Made by a program: the position numbers and the translations under genes. Positions 57,701 to 64,000 of a DNA stretch of 64,000 nt are shown here, in pieces (position 1 is the stretch's first letter; every line of letters starts with the position of its first letter). The DNA comes from an uncultured virus (IMG/VR IMGVR_UViG_3300032213_001453). Lineage: Duplodnaviria; Heunggongvirae; Uroviricota; Caudoviricetes. The stretch lies in IMG/VR virus record IMGVR_UViG_3300032213_001453; one strand, 5' to 3'. The notes beneath the pieces were generated by a model that was not told where the DNA came from, searched no databases, and was given only the letters and a program-made list of their open reading frames with translations.

Positions 57701-59869
57701 TTTTATCTTACTTATAGCGATATTGCTAATTTTAATGCTCTGACAGTAGGTAATACAGTAACAGTATATTATCTTGATGATACTTCTAAATATATGACTG
57801 GTACAATTTTGTCGAAGGGCACAAGCCCTAGTCCAAATATTATAGTAAACGTAACTTCATCTATCGGATCAGGTCTTTTGACAAATTGGGGAATTGTAAC
57901 TAGTACATATAAAGAGGTTTATGATCAGTCATCTTCTGTGTACGGTAGAGCCGTTTCTCATGTAAATGATGAGTCAGCTTCTGGTTTACTTTATTCAGAT
58001 GTTCTTAGTGTTCAGGACGATGTTCAAAGGCAGATCGATGATTTTGCTATTCAGACATTTACTCCAGAGTATAAAGATTCTTCTTATAGAACTGTATACC
58101 CTATTTATCTTTATAACGAAGATGATGATTCAAACTTCATTTTTTCAAATGACAATAATTTTACAACAGAAATAATGCATTATGTAAAAGATGCAACTAC
58201 ACTTTCATCTAGCACTGATTATTCAATTTTGACTACTGTAAGACCTTCTGGAGTTTATAATTATGATTTAAGATATAGAGTTACCGGAACGCAAGTTCGA
58301 TATGAATTTGGCCTGTGGTTAACAAGTCCACCGTTTTTTAAGATCACAAGTGGTCTTTATGATTGTACGTCTCCTCATCATTTGGTTGTCACAAAGAAAA
58401 CTGTAGGGGCGGTTGTAACGTATGAGCTTTTTGTTGATGGAGTTAGTGTCGGCTCTCAGGCCATTCCATCCGCCCTATCTGCCATCACAGACCATCAGAC
58501 GTATTTAGAGACTGATATGTCTACTTATATTAGCAACTTTTCCTACTATGACTATACATTGTCAAATGATAGGATTAAAAGCCATTATATCGCCGCCTCG
58601 CTTTCTGTGATCCCAACTTTTAAATATATCTACACTAGTGACAATAGCTATTGGGATTCAATGCTGGAAATTGCTACAGCAGATCTTGGTATGTTTTATT
58701 TTGATGAGTATGGTTATTTTAGATATGAGTATAGAAACATTCTTCACGACGTAATGTTCGATAGATATCAGAATAGTCAATACAATTTTTCTGATAGCAC
58801 AAATATTATTTCTGGTAGCTATACATCGGATGTCCAGACTAATAAAGTTACGGTGAAGGTAAACAAGTCTACTTTTGATGCAAATTCTACTTCGCCACTC
58901 TGGAGTAGCGAGCAGGGAGAGTCTCTTGCTGTCACTTCTATTACATCTGACTTGACTCCCTCTTCGACTTCAATACCTCTTGAGAATGTTGATAATCCAA
59001 TTTGGACATTATCTGGGTATGTTAAGATAGATAATGAGATTATTAAGTACGATGGTATTGATGGGAAGAATCTTGTCAAACTTACAAGAGGGTCTTTTGA
59101 TACAGAAATTTCGTGGCATACATCGGGGGCGCGCGCTAGAGAACTGAGATATTATGAAGCTAAGTATGCTGACTCACCCGCGGTTGTTGTGAATTATCCT
59201 CTTGTAACTCAAGAGGTTGTCGAAAACCTTGTCGATATCGACTACTATGTATCTGATTCTTTTTCCACCAAGATTGCTGTCTCCTTGAAAGATCCGGGGG
59301 CCTCAGCATATTCTGATAATGGGGTAAATTACTTCTACGCTAGGGGAGACTATTATACCAATGTAGTATTCCTTGAGGGGAAAGATCCTCTCACTCAGTC
59401 CGATAACTTCTTCAGAATTTCTGGGATTGCCGTAAAGAGTGATACAGCAAAAGAGAGTCTGACAAACGTAACTTCCGAGATAGCCTCAAATATTAGAAAA
59501 TACAGATTAAAAGAAATTCAAATTGACAATAAATTTATTGGTAATAAGTTTTATGCACAGTTAGTATCTGATCATATTATTGGATATTACAAGAACCCCG
59601 TCAAGATGTTCAAGATTAGCACAATTGGCGTTCCTCATTTGCAACTTGGAGATTGTGTGACAATAACAAATTTCACCGATTTTGGAATGACGAATGAAAA
59701 ATTCTGGATCATGAGTATTTCCTTGAGCTATGATGGAGGGATACAGCAAGATTTAAACCTCAAGACGTTCAGCGACTCCATTGACGCTCCGGAGATCAAG
59801 TACGGTTCTTCCGTAGCCCTTCCTCCTTCTAGCGCTGTGTCGATATCTCAATACACTACAGGACCATAA
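54743..59869 (+). CDS. large tail-tip/baseplate hub protein with LamG-like domains
   Basis: 1708 aa beta-rich; LYING/LFVDG LamG patterns; YFDEYG and PHLQLGD.V hub motifs. Confidence 0.8.
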   Translation: MIPISDDLLSELNSENQTVTPTVKAWMSDMRYLENVKTYTSSHSYSKQTLDLNPQLYYKFDKTEFDVYETSKTFTVSIATPAVVTIASHGLAAGTAVILKTTGALPTGLTASNSASETTYYVQNPGANTFNLNTNQANAIFNLATGRINTSGTQSGIHTLYYNTLGGHRIKNYGSNKISLAMGDSTAGVPVYNSLLPTTMNSFKFSNSVIEVLEPKRIIDTFNRADSQSLGNCTSSDVADYDMSLYSFNANSTLWQISSNQAYYRLDTINDNVKAIYQNVQGFDHFVDFKKGATASSYGIGAYVRYVDENNFISAIQTAATTILIQKRVNGDFATLNTITGSFSSSNYYRLEAKYNTVTLYDMGTSEPTNSSSPVSTLGTSYVSNTIFRTNDAKNVGLGFYRADTYNATTYADFYFDYFAGYGFNYLVGMEILNGAKYNYSSTALDTNTSAQFASINNCSNFTYNFLFNKTATGSGTQTIFWLGDSLQKTAIQISYIVSTNKIRIKVVDNATLAVTTLTSSATLSAGTNYQISVIKNGLTLSLYINGVLDTSTTLATGFVLRNITTSLIPYFTIGADYAGTTLGDAAGYHFTYGYISEFSMFDYALAADDLLAMYTFISNAGTLAIDTIDKYTSAARAVDGVQEETFAYAFTNFLNKNNHVIKSNNYCYTPDSTGSIEKNYSWMTRVKSNSSTGIFANQDFIKVKFDAQNCNRIKVSTGFYLGAVATFNFSVEKADATVVTGTKSFAGQSYVFLELADLGLAADEYMSITSVKITPVSTVNPGDFGRIYTINPIWEVDLSDYVISFNFDKVRENYDASLPLGATAANNGSITLSNADLTFNLYGDSIYKDYLFPDTVVFIYLNHYIEKIESFETIPVAYEMYVDDWSIDDGSMKVDVKFRDYSKFLQEETIAGYVSQGLSAGRSISDILLRSGFPRRKIYFNDKYRESIFLDDPSVYFPFDKNLDTVNVYDLRSTTSNSIQTGAATFYLTYSDIANFNALTVGNTVTVYYLDDTSKYMTGTILSKGTSPSPNIIVNVTSSIGSGLLTNWGIVTSTYKEVYDQSSSVYGRAVSHVNDESASGLLYSDVLSVQDDVQRQIDDFAIQTFTPEYKDSSYRTVYPIYLYNEDDDSNFIFSNDNNFTTEIMHYVKDATTLSSSTDYSILTTVRPSGVYNYDLRYRVTGTQVRYEFGLWLTSPPFFKITSGLYDCTSPHHLVVTKKTVGAVVTYELFVDGVSVGSQAIPSALSAITDHQTYLETDMSTYISNFSYYDYTLSNDRIKSHYIAASLSVIPTFKYIYTSDNSYWDSMLEIATADLGMFYFDEYGYFRYEYRNILHDVMFDRYQNSQYNFSDSTNIISGSYTSDVQTNKVTVKVNKSTFDANSTSPLWSSEQGESLAVTSITSDLTPSSTSIPLENVDNPIWTLSGYVKIDNEIIKYDGIDGKNLVKLTRGSFDTEISWHTSGARARELRYYEAKYADSPAVVVNYPLVTQEVVENLVDIDYYVSDSFSTKIAVSLKDPGASAYSDNGVNYFYARGDYYTNVVFLEGKDPLTQSDNFFRISGIAVKSDTAKESLTNVTSEIASNIRKYRLKEIQIDNKFIGNKFYAQLVSDHIIGYYKNPVKMFKISTIGVPHLQLGDCVTITNFTDFGMTNEKFWIMSISLSYDGGIQQDLNLKTFSDSIDAPEIKYGSSVALPPSSAVSISQYTTGP

Positions 59870-59870
59870 T

Positions 59871-60383
59871 ATGCCGGAATATCAATATTTAAGATGGGGA
59901 AAAGCTTCAGAACTTGATTACAAGGCTCTTAATGCTATGGCTCTTAATGACGAGTTAATCAGGGATCTGATAGATCAAAAGCCAAAAGGGACTCTTTTAT
60001 GGAAGAGGATTGAGTCAGCAACTTTAACAAGTACGGCATTTAATTCTATTGAGGGATTTGACTCTTTGCAGTTTGATGTTGAGGCTAATCGTCATATAAA
60101 AATTCAGTTATATCCTTTTACTGCGAACTCTTCTCTAGTATCAGCTAAACTTCAGATAAATCTTGTGATTGATGATGTATATTCTTATGCAAAGACAAGT
60201 ACGATTGGCTCAGCGGAGGAAGATGTGATTTCTGAAAATGTCTATTACTCATCGTCACTTGCTGAAGGAAGTCATACAATTTCCGTAAAGTATAAGATTA
60301 TAAGTGCAACAACAACTAATATAACACTTCCAAGCGGAGCGCTTCTGCTCATTCAAGACTTGGGAAAGAATATGGATGCGTAG
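59871..60383 (+). CDS. minor tail protein (paralogue 1 of 3)
   Basis: LN.M..ND N-terminus; DLG C-terminus. Confidence 0.65.
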   Translation: MPEYQYLRWGKASELDYKALNAMALNDELIRDLIDQKPKGTLLWKRIESATLTSTAFNSIEGFDSLQFDVEANRHIKIQLYPFTANSSLVSAKLQINLVIDDVYSYAKTSTIGSAEEDVISENVYYSSSLAEGSHTISVKYKIISATTTNITLPSGALLLIQDLGKNMDA

Positions 60384-60389
60384 GATAAG

Positions 60390-60932
60390 ATGAGTAATTA
60401 TAAGTTTGTCCAATGGAATGATTCAACTCCACTAGATCATCAGAGATTATATGCAATGTCTGAGAATGATCAGAATCTTTATGATTTAGTTTCTAAATCC
60501 GCAGATGGACTTTTATATGAAGACACATTGACATCAAATAAAAGTTTGACGGCCAGCGGAAATGTATTTGCTACTTCAGGATCTTTTTATGTAAGAGAAA
60601 ATAGAATTATTAAAGTTACTTTTGCTCCTTGCGGTATTTTTAGTGCTGCTAGCGACACTATTTGGAATAAGTTTAGATTTTATTTTTCTGTCTCTGGAAA
60701 CTTCTCTTCTTCGCAGCAAATAGTTGTTCATCAAAGAAATAGTGGGGCAGCAACGGGACTTCCTTCCCTTACTTCAGCAATATATGATTTAGAAAAAGGA
60801 TATCATACAATAAATATATATTGTCAAGTAACAGCAGCAGGCACAAATACAGCCTATATAGAAGCAGGATCTTCTCTTTTTGTTGAAGATTTAGGGCAAA
60901 ATACAGAGCTTCCAGCTAACAAGATTTATTGA
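60390..60932 (+). CDS. minor tail protein (paralogue 2 of 3)
   Basis: Same N- and C-terminal motifs. Confidence 0.65.
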   Translation: MSNYKFVQWNDSTPLDHQRLYAMSENDQNLYDLVSKSADGLLYEDTLTSNKSLTASGNVFATSGSFYVRENRIIKVTFAPCGIFSAASDTIWNKFRFYFSVSGNFSSSQQIVVHQRNSGAATGLPSLTSAIYDLEKGYHTINIYCQVTAAGTNTAYIEAGSSLFVEDLGQNTELPANKIY

Positions 60933-60941
60933 GGTAAGTTT

Positions 60942-61475
60942 ATGGCAAAATTTCAGAGTGTAAGATTTGGCGACAATACTCCAGTATCTTACGATAAGTT
61001 AAACTATATGATGCTTAATGATCAATATAATAAAGATGAATTAAGAAAAATTCCTAAGGGAGTTCTTGCTACCTATAAAACTGGTATTGCAGTTCTTGCT
61101 CAGAATGCTCCTTATAATCTAAATTTAAATATACCCTTTGCCGTTGATGATAGTAGGCTTGTAAAAATTACTGTTACTTGCGGTACGTTTGAATCAACTG
61201 TAACTGGCGAGATAATGAACTTATCTGTTCAAATTGATGGTATTGATGTTGGACCTAAGGCTACAGGAGTTTGTTCTGCGTTAAGCCCTTCTGTTGCATA
61301 CGGCAGGCCTGTAGCCGAGCTTATTCATATAGTTTCTCCTGCTCTTATCAAAGGAAATCACACTCTTGATTTAGTTGTATCTGGCAAGGGAGCAGTTGGA
61401 AGTCTTTTTTATGTGCCAACGCCTTATGTGTGGATCTTAGTTGAGGATATTGGTCCATATATAGACGGGGCTTGA
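60942..61475 (+). CDS. minor tail protein (paralogue 3 of 3)
   Basis: Same N- and C-terminal motifs. Confidence 0.65.
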   Translation: MAKFQSVRFGDNTPVSYDKLNYMMLNDQYNKDELRKIPKGVLATYKTGIAVLAQNAPYNLNLNIPFAVDDSRLVKITVTCGTFESTVTGEIMNLSVQIDGIDVGPKATGVCSALSPSVAYGRPVAELIHIVSPALIKGNHTLDLVVSGKGAVGSLFYVPTPYVWILVEDIGPYIDGA

Positions 61476-61478
61476 TCA

Positions 61479-61937
61479 ATGTCATTAGCTTCTAGAAGAA
61501 ATAGTATTGCTTGGGGAAAAGAGAACTTTGGTCACAAGAATCCAAATTTCAATGGTGGCAGATATATTGATGATAAAGGCTATATAAGGGTTCTTAATAC
61601 TGAGCATCCTCATAGTAATCATGGCTATGTTTATGAACATCGCCTTGTTGTTGAAAAATTTTTGAATAGAATACTTGAGTCTTGGGAAACTATTCATCAT
61701 ATAAATGAAATCAAACTGGATAATCGTCCGGAAAATCTTTTTTTAACCACTGTGCCGGAGCATAGTGCCATTCATCGTGAAGGGAAAAAGCAAAGTAAAG
61801 ACCGCAAGAAAAAAACGGGCGAACTTGCTAAGGAACGAGCGAAAAATGGGAAAAGAACAAAAGGTGGCAAATTTGCAAAATCTCCGGAGAATGCTGCTAC
61901 ACTTGAGTCTAACGAATTGGAAGGTAAAAATTCATGA
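61479..61937 (+). CDS. HNH endonuclease
   Basis: GYVYEHRLV...IHHINEIKLDNRPENL. Confidence 0.9.
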   Translation: MSLASRRNSIAWGKENFGHKNPNFNGGRYIDDKGYIRVLNTEHPHSNHGYVYEHRLVVEKFLNRILESWETIHHINEIKLDNRPENLFLTTVPEHSAIHREGKKQSKDRKKKTGELAKERAKNGKRTKGGKFAKSPENAATLESNELEGKNS

Positions 61938-63172
61938 AACATTTTTCTTATGAGGGAGACGAGTCTTTAAATCTCCCTAATCTTGACGGCAAGGAATATA
62001 TTCCACCTAAGAAAGAGACAACCATAAAGCCACCTGCTGCGCTTAAGCCTAGCGTTGATTGGGATGGAGAAGAGGTTCAAGTTACCTCAGAAGTTTATAG
62101 CGAGCCTGTGAAGGATTGGGACGAGCTTCTTGCGGAACTTGGATACGATCCTCAGATGTATGAAGTTATTGAGCCTGTCAAGATTTCTTCTTGGGATGCT
62201 AATGCTGGTGAGGGAGAAGTCAAGAGACTTTATTCTTATAAGATAGGCATTAGGGCTAAGAGGGAAACTCAGTATCGTGACGAAGATTACAAAGATCTTG
62301 TGACTCTCATTAAGAAGCATCGTCCTTTGACAGAAAAGAATGCTGATGGTGACTCAACTTTTGTTGTGTGCCTTTCAGATTGGCAGCTTGGAAAGGCTGA
62401 TGGGGATGGAACTGACGGAACTATCACGCGCATCTTAGATATGATTGATGGTGTGACTGAGCGTATCCGCGAACTCCAGAAGTCAGGGCGAAAGATGAAA
62501 ACGCTAGTTGTCGCCGGTATCGGTGATATGGTGGAGAACTGCGAAGGACATTACGCTAGTCAGACGTTCACCGTCCAGTTGAATCGTAGACAGCAGATCC
62601 GTGTCCTTCGCCGTCTTTTGACTAAGGCGGTTACTACTTGGTCAAAGATGTTCCCCGAAGTTCTGATTGTCTCAGTTCCGGGCAATCATGGGGAGAATCG
62701 AAATAGCTCAGGAAAAGCCTTCACAACTAGGGGAGATAACGATGATGTCGCTGTCTTCGAAATGGTTGCAGAGATCCTCTCCGCCAACCCCGAGGCTTAT
62801 GGCCATGTTAAATTTATTATTCCTGAGGATGAAATTTCTTTGGTGATAGAAACTAATGGAACCTATTTGGGCTTTGCTCATGGTCATGTAACTAGCAATG
62901 GCGCTGATCCTCAGAAAAAGGTTAAGGAGTGGTGGAAGGCGCAGACGTTTGCGAATAATCCGATTGGCCATGTAAATATTCTTATAACTGGACATTATCA
63001 TCATTTTTCTATTATTGAACATGATAGAACTAAGATCCATATGCAGTGTCCGGCTATGGACGGCGGGAGTGAGTGGTTCAAAGATTTGACTGGTGTTGAC
63101 TCTAGAACTGGTACACTTACTTTCGTTGTAGATAAAACTAATCGTCCCTATCGGGACTTGGAAATCATCTGA
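61934..63172 (+). CDS. calcineurin-like metallophosphoesterase (nuclease-like)
   Basis: SDWQ, GDMVE, PGNHG, HGH and GHYHH motifs. Confidence 0.85.
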   Translation: MKHFSYEGDESLNLPNLDGKEYIPPKKETTIKPPAALKPSVDWDGEEVQVTSEVYSEPVKDWDELLAELGYDPQMYEVIEPVKISSWDANAGEGEVKRLYSYKIGIRAKRETQYRDEDYKDLVTLIKKHRPLTEKNADGDSTFVVCLSDWQLGKADGDGTDGTITRILDMIDGVTERIRELQKSGRKMKTLVVAGIGDMVENCEGHYASQTFTVQLNRRQQIRVLRRLLTKAVTTWSKMFPEVLIVSVPGNHGENRNSSGKAFTTRGDNDDVAVFEMVAEILSANPEAYGHVKFIIPEDEISLVIETNGTYLGFAHGHVTSNGADPQKKVKEWWKAQTFANNPIGHVNILITGHYHHFSIIEHDRTKIHMQCPAMDGGSEWFKDLTGVDSRTGTLTFVVDKTNRPYRDLEII

Positions 63173-63176
63173 GGAG

Positions 63177-63479
63177 GTGAATTATATGAATACTTTAGGC
63201 GTAGCAGCACTTGCAGGCTTTGTTGTTCCTTTCATTGTTTCTTATCTTAAGAACACCGATTGGTCAGCACAGGCGAAGCAGGGCGTTTCGGTGGTTATTT
63301 CACTGGTTGTTGCCTTTGGCATTACCGCAATTGACAATGGTGTCGATCTTGGGAACTGGAAGGATCTTCTTCTTAATCTTGGTGTCGTCTTCACTGTCGC
63401 TCAGGTTTTCTACCAGCAGTACTTCGGTGGAACTTCTCTCAACAGTAAGCTTGAATCGATTGGAGTTGGATCTAAGTGA
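63177..63479 (+). CDS. holin-like membrane protein
   Basis: 100 aa, three TM helices. Confidence 0.6.
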   Translation: MNYMNTLGVAALAGFVVPFIVSYLKNTDWSAQAKQGVSVVISLVVAFGITAIDNGVDLGNWKDLLLNLGVVFTVAQVFYQQYFGGTSLNSKLESIGVGSK

Positions 63480-63679
63480 ATCTCACTTATCAACTTAAAT
63501 GTAAAAGATGTGGAGGCTTTATCTATGAAGAAGAAGACTTCTATGATGAAAACGACACAAGAATAATGCAACTCGGATGTTATATTTGTTCCCACAAGGG
63601 ATATATCAAATATAAGAAATGGGAAGTCTTCAAGCAGAGATTGACAGAAGCGGTTATCAGAAGTGCATCACGAAGTTGA
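63476..63679 (+). CDS. Zn-ribbon protein
   Basis: CKRCGG...CYIC. Confidence 0.6.
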   Translation: MNLTYQLKCKRCGGFIYEEEDFYDENDTRIMQLGCYICSHKGYIKYKKWEVFKQRLTEAVIRSASRS

Positions 63680-64000
63680 TCTTGTAAAGATAAAGGTAGG
63701 CAAACTTTATAGGATGCCTAATAGAAATGCTGTGAGAGTGATAAGAGTAGATTGGATGAAGAATCTTGTCATCGTTCGAAATTATCACTCTCATAGCAAT
63801 GAAGTTATTGAGTATGAAAATGCTCCTAGTTTACTTGTGCCTCTTCTGAAGATAGGAGATGTCGCTAGGATTGTTGGCAGAAAACCTGCTACTATTCGCA
63901 AGTATGAGAACAATGGTCTTTTGCCACAGGTAGAAAAAATTGCTCTAAATCACGACGGTAAGACGTGGACTAGGATATACTCTCCTGAAGACATTGAAGT
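63663..64000 (+). CDS. MerR-like HTH DNA-binding protein (runs off window)
   Basis: LKIGDVARIVGRKPATIRKYENNGLLP...RIYS..DI. Confidence 0.75.
   Translation, partial: MHHEVDLVKIKVGKLYRMPNRNAVRVIRVDWMKNLVIVRNYHSHSNEVIEYENAPSLLVPLLKIGDVARIVGRKPATIRKYENNGLLPQVEKIALNHDGKTWTRIYSPEDIE

Overview
About 64 kb of a large tailed dsDNA phage with a siphovirus-type tail, probably infecting an actinobacterium. The host is inferred from regulatory motifs, gene content and the tRNA set. (1) 1-10.3 kb is an early/accessory island of small, mostly minus-strand orphan genes, much more GC-rich than the rest from about 3.1 kb (judged by eye). The genes sit as one-gene modules between copies of a conserved repeat (GGGCGAGCAAGCGAGCGA). 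The spacers hold two perfect parS sites, seven perfect DnaA boxes, PHO-box-like 11-bp repeat arrays, CRP-type boxes and AT-rich 12-bp tandem arrays. A LexA box lies just beyond, at 10.9 kb. (2) 10.4-14.8 kb has leftward genes (HEXXH protein, TGT-like, PnuC-like, DUF1599). (3) 15-31.7 kb has peptide deformylase, ThyX, endolysin, a large glycosyltransferase cluster, seven tRNAs that all read A-ending codons, and a class II ribonucleotide reductase. (4) 32-61.5 kb is the virion module: portal, collagen-like fibres and a sulfotransferase-like gene, a multidomain prohead protease containing a Dps-like domain, capsid, neck, tail tube, frameshifted chaperone, tape measure and tail tip proteins. (5) HNH, metallophosphoesterase, holin and a partial MerR-like gene close the window. 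The most novel-looking system is the repeat-delimited cassette island that carries host chromosome-origin and global-regulator sites. All calls come from reading the sequence; no searches were run.
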